From the NCBI GenBank assembly GCA_050252455.1, contig JBFWKW010000007.1, positions 296-64,295 of the forward strand: 64,000 nt of DNA, given 5' to 3'. A program made the position numbers and the translations under genes. Position 1 is the first letter of the stretch, and each line of letters starts with the position of its first letter. Below are positions 9,560 to 18,907 of the stretch, in pieces. The notes under the pieces were generated by a model. It was not told the origin of the DNA. It ran no database searches and saw only the letters and a list, made by a program, of their open reading frames with translations. This DNA comes from Campylobacterales bacterium. GTDB lineage: Bacteria; Campylobacterota; Campylobacteria; Campylobacterales; UBA6016.

Positions 9560-9665
9560 TACTAGTTCCGAGAAGTGTTTTAGCTTGGTAAAAATGGTCG
9601 GCCCTTTTGAATTTGTTTTTTGGTTTCGATTTTAACCAAAAAGGGCTTTTTGATAAGATTTCAAA

Positions 9666-10559
9666 ATGATAGAAGTAGCGATAATAGGCCCAACGGCTTC
9701 GGGCAAAAGTGAAGCGGCGATTAATCTAGCCCAAAAGTACGGCGCATATATACTCTCTTTGGATTCGCTATCTGTTTACAAAGAAGTCGATATAGCCAGT
9801 GCAAAGCCGTCAAAAAATGATTTATTGTGCGTGCGACACTTTGGGATTGATATGATATATCCGGATGAAGCGTTTAATGCCGCTATGTTTATGGATGAAT
9901 ATGAGAGGGCAAAAAGCGAAGCTTTGGAGCACGGCAAAAATCTTGTTATAGTCGGTGGAAGTTCCTTTTATCTCAAGGCAATGATGGATGGGCTAACTGA
10001 TATGCCGCCAATATCGGAGGCATCTAGGCAAAAGGCCAATAGCGTCGTATCGCAAAACACCCTTGAGGCATACGAATATCTTGTATCGATAGACCAAGGC
10101 TATGCCTCCAACATAAAAAGTTCGGACGGATATCGTATCGGCAGGGGGCTTGAGATGTTCTTTGAGTTTGGCAAGCCGCCTAGCGAACTATTTGCTTCGT
10201 TGCCAAAAAAGGCTGTGGCGGAGGGGCTAAAAGTATATGAAATTACCGTTGACAGAGATGTTTTGAGAGCCAGAATAGCCCTTAGAACGGCCAAGATGTT
10301 TGAACTAGGTATCGTCGAGGAGGCTGAATATCTGCTCTCCAGATACGGCAGGGAGACTAAGCCGATGGGTTCGATAGGGCTCAAAGAGACCCTTTCGTAT
10401 ATAGATGGCGATATAAGCAGACAAACGTGCGAAGAGCTTATAAATATACACACCTCTCAGCTGGCAAAAAGACAATCTACGTTCAATAAAACACAGCTAT
10501 CCGCCATATTCCGCGGCGAAAAAGACGATGTTTACAGGGAGCTACAAAAACTATTTTAA
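9666..10559 (+). CDS. miaA: tRNA dimethylallyltransferase
   Basis: P-loop IIGPTASGKS is present. Length (297 aa) and overall pattern are typical of MiaA. Confidence 0.9.
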   Translation: MIEVAIIGPTASGKSEAAINLAQKYGAYILSLDSLSVYKEVDIASAKPSKNDLLCVRHFGIDMIYPDEAFNAAMFMDEYERAKSEALEHGKNLVIVGGSSFYLKAMMDGLTDMPPISEASRQKANSVVSQNTLEAYEYLVSIDQGYASNIKSSDGYRIGRGLEMFFEFGKPPSELFASLPKKAVAEGLKVYEITVDRDVLRARIALRTAKMFELGIVEEAEYLLSRYGRETKPMGSIGLKETLSYIDGDISRQTCEELINIHTSQLAKRQSTFNKTQLSAIFRGEKDDVYRELQKLF

Positions 10560-12908
10560 GATATCAAGAGAGTCTTTGCAGAGCCTTCTCCATGAAGAGT
10601 CTGTTTTGACTTTTACGCACTCCTCAACCGCTTTTTTTGCTGCGGCTTTATCGCCGGAGGCCGTATGGTTGGATGATATCTCAAACAGCGCTCTAGCTCT
10701 GTCATTGTCCGACATTTTGTGACTCAATGCGCTTTGCAACACGGACGCCGCTTTTTTGTGGTTGCCGCCTTTTGATAAGGCTCCGGCGTAGTTAAATTCT
10801 ATCCACGGACTCTCTACAAAAACTTTAATTTGATTTTGCAGGCTATATAGCTTTTCGGAATATTTGAGATTGCCGAGCATATCGTTTCGGCTGATTGCAT
10901 ATCTGACGGCATTTTTGTACGCCGTAATGCTTTTTGGATCCCTTGGATATTTGGCTTCTATGGTCGCTATTGCGTCCGCCATTAGATTTGGGTCTTTAAA
11001 TTCAAGCGCCAATGAAGCCGCGTCAAAAGCTACGGAGCTATAAGCATCCGTTTTATATATTTTTGAGAGCGATACGATGTCTTTGGCTGCCCCATACGCA
11101 TCCCTTGTTTTACCGCTTCTGAGCGCAGATTGCTCAAACTTGTAAAGCCACGGTAGTTTTGCGTTTAGGTCTTTGACGGCTAGATTTTTCTTGGCTAGCT
11201 CATACGCTTTTTGCATCTCTCCGACAGCCATATAGCAGTCAAATAGCTTCGGCTCCTCGCTTGCCAGCGGAGTTATCCGTTTTTTTGCCAGCAACGATAG
11301 GGCTTCTTTGCACTCGTTTGACGAGAGTTTTGCCGCAAATAGCTCTTTTTCGCTTTTGATTATATAGCCTGCGGCTTCGGTTGCCAGCTCTTTTGATAGA
11401 CCCGTTGTTTTTGGCTCCATACCCAATACATCAGCATATCTCTTGGCTGCAACTAGCGATTTCATGGCTTTAACAAGGGCTTTTTGTCCGACCTGCTCTT
11501 TTGGATATTTGGAGGCTATTTTTAGTAAATCATCCGTTCCCATATCCTGTTTTGTGCCGAAGTTTAGCTTGTCCAGTTTTGCTTCGATTAGGTGGGCAAA
11601 TCTCCCTTTCGGGTATTCCGAAAGATATCTTTTGTAATTGGCTTTTGCTTTTTCGGCGTCTCCAAGCGCAGCCGCCCAGTCCCCCAGGTCGCCCAGAAGG
11701 GCTTCGTAACTTTCGCTTTTTTTGTTTAGTTTTGGCAACGTAGTTTCGCCGACCTCTATAGCCTGACTAAAGATAAATGCTCCGGCTAGCTTTTTTGCAA
11801 ACGCATAAGCCTTTTCCGGGTCTTTTGTGATAAAGCCCATATTTCCTTTGAGGATTTTGCCGTAGTACTCTTTTGCATTATCCGTATCGCCCATTGACAA
11901 ATAAGTGTCTGCCGCCTTGAATGCCGCTATCGACGCCGTCTCTATATTTTTGGTTTCAAATAGGGCTCTTTTGTATAAATCGACGGCTCTTTTGCCCTTG
12001 GAGAATCTCAGGGAGTCGCCATAATCTATCATTGCCTGTTTTGATATCTCGCTAAACGAGTAGTCGCTCGCGATTCTCTCGAAGTAGTAGTCTGCATTTT
12101 TGAAATCTTGATTGTGCGCATAGGCGTTCATGAGTGCCAGCAAAGCCTCCGGAGCCTTCTCATCGGCAGGGAAGTTTTTGAGCCAGTTTCTGCCCAGCTC
12201 TATCGCTGCGGTATTGTTGCTAGCTCCACCCATGGCAACCAACGATTTAATGCGTATTAGCTCATATTCGGAAAAGAATATGGATTTTAGGTATGTTTTT
12301 TGAGCTTTCTCGGCAAATGTTTGAGCGCTCTTGTAGTCGCCTTTTTCGTACATTTTTTTGACTGCGTTGAATTCCGCTATGTCTTGTAGGGAGTTTGTAT
12401 CATTTATCGGCAGTCCGTCAATATCCAGGGTTTTGATATATACATAAGGGTCGCTTCCGACCGATACGGGGAAGTTCAGTCCTGGATTTCTCTTTGGCGT
12501 GACAAATTTGAGCTCTTTTTCGTAAGCCACTATGACAAACTTTTTTGCCCGTTTTTCAAGCCCGGCTTTTTTCTCGTATTGCCCTTTTGGGTCGAAGTTT
12601 TGAGAAAATATTTCAGATTTTGTTTTGGATGTTATTGAGAGCTTATATTTGCCCTCTATGTAAGGTTTGACGTTAAAAAACTCACTCTCAAACCCCTTAA
12701 AAGCTACTTTCGGTGGGGTGGAAAATTCGCATATATAGCTATTTTTTGGTGCTTCGTCGGCCTCGTTTTTGAAGCATACGAAAGGCTCGGTACTCTCCAA
12801 ATTTAAAACGGAATATTTATCGTTTTTGCTTTTGCCGAGCTTGACCTCTATGTCGACGGCAAATAGCAATGGAGTTAAAAGCGAAAGTAAAGTCAGTTTT
12901 TTAAGCAT
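10551..12908 (-). CDS. Large periplasmic TPR-repeat protein
   Basis: It has a signal peptide followed by many TPR-like A/Y/L-rich helical repeats (e.g. YKSAQTFAEKA, NADYYFERIA, DTDNAKEYYGKIL). 785 aa. Confidence 0.8.
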   Translation of the reverse strand: MLKKLTLLSLLTPLLFAVDIEVKLGKSKNDKYSVLNLESTEPFVCFKNEADEAPKNSYICEFSTPPKVAFKGFESEFFNVKPYIEGKYKLSITSKTKSEIFSQNFDPKGQYEKKAGLEKRAKKFVIVAYEKELKFVTPKRNPGLNFPVSVGSDPYVYIKTLDIDGLPINDTNSLQDIAEFNAVKKMYEKGDYKSAQTFAEKAQKTYLKSIFFSEYELIRIKSLVAMGGASNNTAAIELGRNWLKNFPADEKAPEALLALMNAYAHNQDFKNADYYFERIASDYSFSEISKQAMIDYGDSLRFSKGKRAVDLYKRALFETKNIETASIAAFKAADTYLSMGDTDNAKEYYGKILKGNMGFITKDPEKAYAFAKKLAGAFIFSQAIEVGETTLPKLNKKSESYEALLGDLGDWAAALGDAEKAKANYKRYLSEYPKGRFAHLIEAKLDKLNFGTKQDMGTDDLLKIASKYPKEQVGQKALVKAMKSLVAAKRYADVLGMEPKTTGLSKELATEAAGYIIKSEKELFAAKLSSNECKEALSLLAKKRITPLASEEPKLFDCYMAVGEMQKAYELAKKNLAVKDLNAKLPWLYKFEQSALRSGKTRDAYGAAKDIVSLSKIYKTDAYSSVAFDAASLALEFKDPNLMADAIATIEAKYPRDPKSITAYKNAVRYAISRNDMLGNLKYSEKLYSLQNQIKVFVESPWIEFNYAGALSKGGNHKKAASVLQSALSHKMSDNDRARALFEISSNHTASGDKAAAKKAVEECVKVKTDSSWRRLCKDSLDILK

Positions 12909-12998
12909 TGCTTATTTTACAGCCCCGAGGATTAAAATAGCTACTAAAAAACTGTTTTTATTCTTGTCGTAACGCAAAAGAGAAAGTATTTAGGGTTA

Positions 12999-13241
12999 TT
13001 AATACGCTTCTTTCCTATGCTTGATATTTACAACTATCAAAACATCATCTTCGACATCAAACAGAACTCTATAATCGCCTATTCTGTATCTGAGCGGCGG
13101 ATAGTGATTTTTGAGTTTTTTGATATTTGTTAGATTTGGATAGTTTTCTAGATTTTTGATGTGTAGTAGTATGTTTGTAGCTATACTTTTATCAATCTTT
13201 TTGAGGTCTTTTAAGGCGCTTTCTTGAACCTTGACGGTCAT
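12999..13241 (-). CDS. relE: RelE/ParE-family type II toxin
   Basis: 80 aa with the C-terminal pattern YRIGDYRVLFDVEDDVLIVVNIKHRKEAY. It overlaps the upstream antitoxin ORF by 4 nt. Confidence 0.8.
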   Translation of the reverse strand: MTVKVQESALKDLKKIDKSIATNILLHIKNLENYPNLTNIKKLKNHYPPLRYRIGDYRVLFDVEDDVLIVVNIKHRKEAY

Positions 13242-13459
13242 TTGAGCTCTTTTGCTATCTCATCTAGCGAATAGCACTTCTCGCCACCCTCTCGTCTTGC
13301 TCTAGCATCGGCGATAAAACCATAATCTGCGTCGGTAGGCTCTATCGCTTCTATATTTTTGTCAATAGTGCTTACTACTTTTACATCGTCCTTCAGGTGA
13401 TCCAAAAAGTAGATAATCTTGTCAAATGCGCTATCTTTGATATCTAGCGTAAGCGTCAT
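13238..13459 (-). CDS. Type II antitoxin partner of RelE
   Basis: A small acidic protein immediately upstream of, and overlapping, the toxin. I chose ATG 13459 (MTLTLDIK) because AAAGGG lies 6 nt upstream. The ORF-track start at 13489 is the alternative. Confidence 0.65.
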   Translation of the reverse strand: MTLTLDIKDSAFDKIIYFLDHLKDDVKVVSTIDKNIEAIEPTDADYGFIADARARREGGEKCYSLDEIAKELK

Positions 13460-13590
13460 CTCAAACCCTTTCAAAGAATTATTTCGCAAATTATATCACA
13501 AAAGCACGGGGCGGCTATTTTTCTTTTCACCCTCTTTTGAATGCTTAGAAAGTGAAGATTGAATACCTGACACCTTTATTTAACCATGTA

Positions 13591-13779
13591 TTACTCCTTG
13601 TCTTTTTTGGTTTTGAATTTTTTAATAGTTGTGCGCACAAAATATTCCGCCATAATATAGGCTATACATAGAGCCAATAAATCATAGATTAGGCAATACG
13701 GGGAGCCATTTTTTATTCCAATAATAAAACAAATTCTAAATAAAATTTGAGCAAAAGCAATAGAGATAATAGCCGTCAA
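13591..13779 (-). CDS. Small hydrophobic membrane protein (2 TM), hypothetical
   Basis: 62-aa ORF with two hydrophobic segments and a Lys-rich tail, in low-GC DNA. Coding status is uncertain. Confidence 0.35.
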   Translation of the reverse strand: MTAIISIAFAQILFRICFIIGIKNGSPYCLIYDLLALCIAYIMAEYFVRTTIKKFKTKKDKE

Positions 13780-13813
13780 TATAAAAGTAAAAAACCCAAA
13801 TGGCTTTATAGTC

Positions 13814-14092
13814 TCAATATTGCATTCTTTTGGTAGTGTTTTTAAAATAGTATAATTTTTTGATTCTCCGTGCTATGTAGTAGGCGATATAAAGAATAAA
13901 AGGCAGCGTCACTATCCCATGTAAAAATGGAAGTAGCGCATCGCCAGCCGTAAATTCCTGCTGAGTTTCTACATGTTTATCGCTTTTATAGGTTTGCATC
14001 CATAAAGCTTCCAGCGAAATAAAAACAACTAAAAAACTAACCGCCGATGCCAACCAATACATAAAACCAAACATTAAACACCATTTGTTCAC
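13814..14092 (-). CDS. Small membrane protein (3 predicted TM), hypothetical
   Basis: 92 aa. The GTG start overlaps the recG TGA stop (GTGA at 14089-14092), suggesting translational coupling. Confidence 0.45.
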   Translation of the reverse strand: MNKWCLMFGFMYWLASAVSFLVVFISLEALWMQTYKSDKHVETQQEFTAGDALLPFLHGIVTLPFILYIAYYIARRIKKLYYFKNTTKRMQY

Positions 14093-15921
14093 GCCGTCTC
14101 TCCTATTGTATCTGTCAAAAATCTTGTCAAAAGCCCTCTTGCCTCTCTCGCTATTTTCTCATCCGTTTTGATGTTAAACCATCGAAACTGTCGCCCGCTC
14201 TGCTCTCTGCCCGTTAGCAAATCACCCGAGTCTCTATACTGCAGGTCTAGCTCGGCTATGTCAAAGCCGCTTTTTGTTGCGGCAAATTTTTTGAGCCTTT
14301 CGTTGCTCGCGTCTTTGGTATAGAGATAGCACCACCCCTTTGGCGTATTCCTGGCCACCCTGCCTCGCAGCTGATGCAGACTCGCAAGCCCCAGCTTTTC
14401 GGCGCCTACGATGACTATCGTGGAGAGCTTCGGCAGGCTGATACCCACCTCCATCACGGTCGTAGATATGATGAGCTCGCCGCCCTCTTTGAACTCTCTG
14501 AAGACATCCTCTTTTGCGCCGTCTTTGCCGTGGGTCACAAATACCTTGTCAAAATGCTTACGCCAAAACACCTCCGCCTCTTCAAGCGACATATACGAGG
14601 CGGTGTCGCTTTTTTCTACCAGCGGATATATGACAGCCGCCTGAAACCCTCTCTCTATTTCGGATTTGATGTGGGCAAAAAGCTCTTTGAAACCCTCTTT
14701 TGAGATGATGTGTGTCTGTATATCTTTTTGTATCGGCATCTCTTTTATCATAGTGATGTCGGCTATGGTCGCCTCTATGAGCGCTTGAGTTCTCGGTATC
14801 GGCGTAGCGGAAAACTGGAAGTAGTGGGGACGCAATGTGCCGTCGCTGACTAGCTTTGAGATGAGGTGTCTTTGGTTTGTCCCAAATCTGTGCTGTTCGT
14901 CCACTATGAGGATTTCGCATTTTGGAAGCTCTTTGTAGAGCAGAGCGTGCGTACCGACGATAAAATCAGCCGCCGTTATGTCGGCTTCTTTTGCCCGACT
15001 CGCCTGCGTGACCAGTATGCTTTTAAGCGGCAAATATTTTGTCGCCTCTTCGTATATCTGGTTTGCGAGTATCGAAGTGGGCGCCAATACTACGGTCTTG
15101 CCGCCCTTGTTCATAAAGGCAAGGGCTAATATCACGGTTGTCTTGCCGCAGCCGACATCGCCTACTATCACCCTTTTTGCCTGTATGCCCCTTTGTATAT
15201 CCTCTTTACACGCTTTTATCGCCGCTATTTGGTCGTTTGTCGGGGCAAAAGGGAGCCGTTTTAAAAACTCGTTTTCGTCTGCCGCCTTGATGGATGTTGC
15301 GGGGAGCTCCGTCTTTTTGGAGGCGAGGAGCTTCAGATAGGCGTATATCTCCGCTTTTTTGAGGCTTTCCAAAATGGATGGCTTTAGCAAGCCGTTTTCG
15401 TATAGTTCGCCGATACTTTTTGGAAAATGCAAAGAGAGTATATCCTCTGTGCTTTGCTCATCTAGCCCTTCGTCCGTCAACCCCTTTTTTGTCACATATT
15501 TTTCGGCTAAAAGTTTGTATGTTTTGTTTTGAGCCCCCGCCGTATAGATTTTGTTGATGTCGCCGACGGTTGTTATCTTTTTTGGGTGAACTATCGAAGG
15601 GAATGGAAAAAGAGATAGCTTGCCGTAGAGATAGAGCTTTTCACCGATGGAAAAAATGTTTTGCTGATACCTTTTTGGGGAGAAAAAAATCGCTTTCATG
15701 TGCTTGCCGCCGTATGACGGGAGGGTCAGGTCAAACTGCAAGGTTTTTGGTGTTCGCTGCTTGCCCGTCACTTCGCACGCTATGGCGCAAAATTCATTGT
15801 CGCTTAGAGGTTTGCCGAGGGTAAAATCTTCGTATTTTTGAGGTATGTGCAGGGCTAAGTCGAGGAGAGAGAGGATGCCTAATTTTTTTATCCTCTCCTC
15901 GTCCGCGCGTTCAAAAAACAT
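14089..15921 (-). CDS. recG: ATP-dependent DNA helicase RecG
   Basis: Helicase motifs GDVGCGKT and DEQHRFG are present, plus a C-terminal RecG-type helicase domain. 610 aa. Confidence 0.9.
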   Translation of the reverse strand: MFFERADEERIKKLGILSLLDLALHIPQKYEDFTLGKPLSDNEFCAIACEVTGKQRTPKTLQFDLTLPSYGGKHMKAIFFSPKRYQQNIFSIGEKLYLYGKLSLFPFPSIVHPKKITTVGDINKIYTAGAQNKTYKLLAEKYVTKKGLTDEGLDEQSTEDILSLHFPKSIGELYENGLLKPSILESLKKAEIYAYLKLLASKKTELPATSIKAADENEFLKRLPFAPTNDQIAAIKACKEDIQRGIQAKRVIVGDVGCGKTTVILALAFMNKGGKTVVLAPTSILANQIYEEATKYLPLKSILVTQASRAKEADITAADFIVGTHALLYKELPKCEILIVDEQHRFGTNQRHLISKLVSDGTLRPHYFQFSATPIPRTQALIEATIADITMIKEMPIQKDIQTHIISKEGFKELFAHIKSEIERGFQAAVIYPLVEKSDTASYMSLEEAEVFWRKHFDKVFVTHGKDGAKEDVFREFKEGGELIISTTVMEVGISLPKLSTIVIVGAEKLGLASLHQLRGRVARNTPKGWCYLYTKDASNERLKKFAATKSGFDIAELDLQYRDSGDLLTGREQSGRQFRWFNIKTDEKIAREARGLLTRFLTDTIGETA

Positions 15922-17205
15922 CTATTTTGTGACTACGGATACCGTTAGATTCGTGATTTCCGGATGCGCTTTGATAAAGTCGTTTAGCTCTTTAAGAGTC
16001 GTGTTTTTGATGAGCTCCAGCTCCTCTTGGTGATAGCCCAGTTTTTGCCCTAGATAAAATTCGTTAAAGCTTCTTGAGAGCCTTTGTGACAAGGTCTCTG
16101 CTCTGAGCGGCTCGCTTCCTAGAATGAAGTTTTTTGCCCCGTCAAGCTCTTTTTGGGTGACACCGTCCTTTACAAACTCCTCTATCGTCTTTTTGACAAG
16201 CTCTTTTGCTTTCTCTTCGTTTTGCGGCTTTGTTTGTAGATGTCCACTAAAGTAAGAGTGCGATTTTGAGAGGTTGAACCTGCCGTAAGCAGAGTATGCG
16301 AGGCCGTTTTTGACCCTGATTATCTCCATAAGGCGGCTTCCAAAACCGCTAGAGCCTAGGATGAAGCCCGCAAGTCTCGCTTTGTATGCTTCCTTGTCAG
16401 CAGCCTTGATGTTTGCAGGAGCGCCGAAGTAGATATATGCCTGCTCTGTTTTTTTCTTTGTTTTTATCTCTTTGCTAGAGCTTTTTGCCGCAAAATATTG
16501 CCCTTGTTCGTTTTTTGCCCCCTTGGCAATTCCTTCCAGTATAGCTTTTGTATAGGCAAACGCTTCGTCTTTATCTATATCTCCGCCTATTACGACGACG
16601 CTATTTGCAAGAGTGATATTGCTTGCCAAAAAGTTTTTTACGTCGGCTAGGGATATGGCGGCAACGCTCTCTTTTGTGCCGACGGAGTCATTTTCGAGCG
16701 GTGTGCCTTTGAATATCTCTTTTTTAAGGGCGGCGTCTGCCACATGGTCAAAGTCGTCTTCTCTTTTTGCTATTTGCGAAGCGGTGATTAGCTTGATTTT
16801 TGAGAGTGTATCCTCCGAGTAGTTAGGGTCTTTTAGTAGCTCTTTTGTCAGCTTTACCGCCTCATCGGCATACTCTTTGAGGCACGAAAACTCTATCCCT
16901 GCAGTTTCAAAGCCGCTGTACGCCGATAGTTTAATCGCCTTTTCATCCAGAAGTGTCGCAAACTTGGTGGAGCCTAGCTTTTTTGTCCCTTCGTTCAAAA
17001 GACGAAAAGAGAGCTTGGATATGCCGCTTTTATCGCCGTCCTTTATGGAGCCGGCATCCAAAAAAATCACCTTTAGGCTCAGTGTCGGAAGTGACCTGTC
17101 CTCTTCAAATATTACGGGCACTTTTACCCCGCCTATGTCTAAATGCAAAAGTGTGTTAGCCATTAATAAACCTTGAGTAAATATTAAAAATAGGATTTTT
17201 TTCAT
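15922..17205 (-). CDS. M16-family (insulinase/YmxG-like) protein lacking the HxxEH zinc motif
   Basis: The two-lobed M16 pattern is present (LLNEGTKK.., GRFNLSKSHSYFSGHLQT). The expected HxxEH position reads SKLSFRLLNEGT, so it is probably non-catalytic. It abuts recG and overlaps the mqn gene. Confidence 0.75.
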   Translation of the reverse strand: MKKILFLIFTQGLLMANTLLHLDIGGVKVPVIFEEDRSLPTLSLKVIFLDAGSIKDGDKSGISKLSFRLLNEGTKKLGSTKFATLLDEKAIKLSAYSGFETAGIEFSCLKEYADEAVKLTKELLKDPNYSEDTLSKIKLITASQIAKREDDFDHVADAALKKEIFKGTPLENDSVGTKESVAAISLADVKNFLASNITLANSVVVIGGDIDKDEAFAYTKAILEGIAKGAKNEQGQYFAAKSSSKEIKTKKKTEQAYIYFGAPANIKAADKEAYKARLAGFILGSSGFGSRLMEIIRVKNGLAYSAYGRFNLSKSHSYFSGHLQTKPQNEEKAKELVKKTIEEFVKDGVTQKELDGAKNFILGSEPLRAETLSQRLSRSFNEFYLGQKLGYHQEELELIKNTTLKELNDFIKAHPEITNLTVSVVTK

Positions 17206-18269
17206 TCGTAAATCTTAAGAATTTCATACGCCGTGTTGCGTTTTGCCGGTATCTCGCCTGCGTCTTTGATGAGTCTGACTATCTCATCCTCTGCCATACG
17301 GTTTGCCGCACCCGCTGCCGCCACTACGTTCTCTTCCATCATCGTGCTACCCATATCGTTTGCCCCAAAAAATAGAGCTGTCTGTCCGATGTGTGAGCCT
17401 TGCGTTACCCACGAGCTTTGCAGGTTTTTGAAATTATCGAGATATAGCCTTGCGAGGGCCAAAATTCGCAAATATCTATTTGAAGTTGCCTTCGTGATAT
17501 GCGGGTGCTCTTTGAAAAGCGGGGTGTTATCAGGTTGGAAAGACCAAAGGATAAATGCACGAAAACCGCCCGTCTCGTCTTGAAGCCCCCTTAGTCTATC
17601 CAGATGTTCCACTATCTCCTCGTCGGTTTCGACGGAGCCAAACATCATTGTAGCCGTAGTCCTCATCCCTATCTCGTGCGCCGCCCTGTGAACGCCTAGC
17701 CACCCTTCGGTGTTTTGCTTGTTTGGGGAGATGATATTTCGCACCCTGTCGACAAGTATCTCGGCTCCGGCTCCCGGAATTGAGGAGAGCCCTTTTGCTT
17801 GAAGTCTTTTGAGAACATCTTTTTCGCTAATTTCCGACACCTTGGCTATATATGCTATCTCTGCTGCGGAAAAACCGTGTATCGTAATCTGCGGAAACCT
17901 AGTGTGTATAAACTCGGTTAGCTCTTCGTAATACTCTATTTTTAGTTTCGGGTGGACGCCGCCTTGAAAGAGTATTTGAGTGCCGCCTATGGCTATGAGC
18001 TCCTCTATTTTTGTGGCTATCGTCTCATTAGATAGCACGTATCCGTCTTCGTCGTTCACACCTCGCTTGAATGCGCAAAACTTGCATCCAGCATTGCAGA
18101 TATTCGTATAGTTTATATTTCTATCAACGATAAAGGTTGTTATTTTGTCTTTATGTAGTTTTTGTTTTACTTCATACGCCTGACGACCTAGTTCCAAAAG
18201 TGGGGAGTTGCGCAAAAGGTCCAATGCTTCTTGTTTAGTTAGTCTTGACATGGCTTTTATTGTAGACAA
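17202..18269 (-). CDS. mqnC: Radical-SAM futalosine-pathway enzyme, MqnC-like (cyclic dehypoxanthine futalosine synthase); MqnE not excluded
   Basis: CNAGCKFCAF is a CxxxCxxC cluster. DRNINYTN, ATMMFGSVE and FILWSFQP resemble my memory of MqnC more than MqnE (TMLYGHIE / FIPL). Confidence 0.65.
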   Translation of the reverse strand: MSTIKAMSRLTKQEALDLLRNSPLLELGRQAYEVKQKLHKDKITTFIVDRNINYTNICNAGCKFCAFKRGVNDEDGYVLSNETIATKIEELIAIGGTQILFQGGVHPKLKIEYYEELTEFIHTRFPQITIHGFSAAEIAYIAKVSEISEKDVLKRLQAKGLSSIPGAGAEILVDRVRNIISPNKQNTEGWLGVHRAAHEIGMRTTATMMFGSVETDEEIVEHLDRLRGLQDETGGFRAFILWSFQPDNTPLFKEHPHITKATSNRYLRILALARLYLDNFKNLQSSWVTQGSHIGQTALFFGANDMGSTMMEENVVAAAGAANRMAEDEIVRLIKDAGEIPAKRNTAYEILKIYE

Positions 18270-18334
18270 AAAATGTTTTTTTTATGATTAAGGCGGTACA
18301 ATTTCGGCACTCACAAAACAGGAACAAGGCTTAC

Positions 18335-18907
18335 ATGAGCACGCTCGACATAGTTGTTTTATTTTTGGTTTTTGCGCTCGGGCTAAAGGGTTTTCTGCAC
18401 GGTTTTATCAAGGAAGTTGCGGGCTTGGCTGCAATAGTCGGCGGAATTTTTTTGGCATCCAGATTTTCATCTTCTTTGGCCGATTTGTTTACCTCCATGT
18501 TTAATCTTCAAAGTGCCACCACCGCTTCGGTTGTTGCATTTATAGCCCTTTTTGCGATTATTTGGTTTGGTATTACTTTCGCCGCTTCGCTTGTTTCAAA
18601 GGCTGTCGATATGAGCGGCATGGGCGTTGCCGATAAGGTGCTTGGATTTGTCGCTGCCGGAGGAAAGATATTTTTAATACTCTCCGTTATCGTTTTTGCC
18701 CTCTCCAATATCTCGCTTTTGCAGAGCAAGCTAGAGGGTTTTACAAAAGATAGTTTTATGTTTGAGCCTATGAAATCTACCGGCGGATTTGTTATGAAAC
18801 TCAAGCCGGAAGATCTGAATGCTTCCGCTATTACAGACAAGGTAAAAGAAGAAGCGATGAAAGAAGCTACCAAAGAGATAAATCAAACATTGGGTGCAAA
18901 AAAATGA
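18335..18907 (+). CDS. cvpA: CvpA-family membrane protein
   Basis: It has four TM helices and the N-terminus MSTLDIVVLFLVFALGLKGFLHGFIKE typical of CvpA. I preferred ATG 18335 with the upstream AGGAACAAGG over the ORF-track start 18284. Confidence 0.75.
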   Translation: MSTLDIVVLFLVFALGLKGFLHGFIKEVAGLAAIVGGIFLASRFSSSLADLFTSMFNLQSATTASVVAFIALFAIIWFGITFAASLVSKAVDMSGMGVADKVLGFVAAGGKIFLILSVIVFALSNISLLQSKLEGFTKDSFMFEPMKSTGGFVMKLKPEDLNASAITDKVKEEAMKEATKEINQTLGAKK

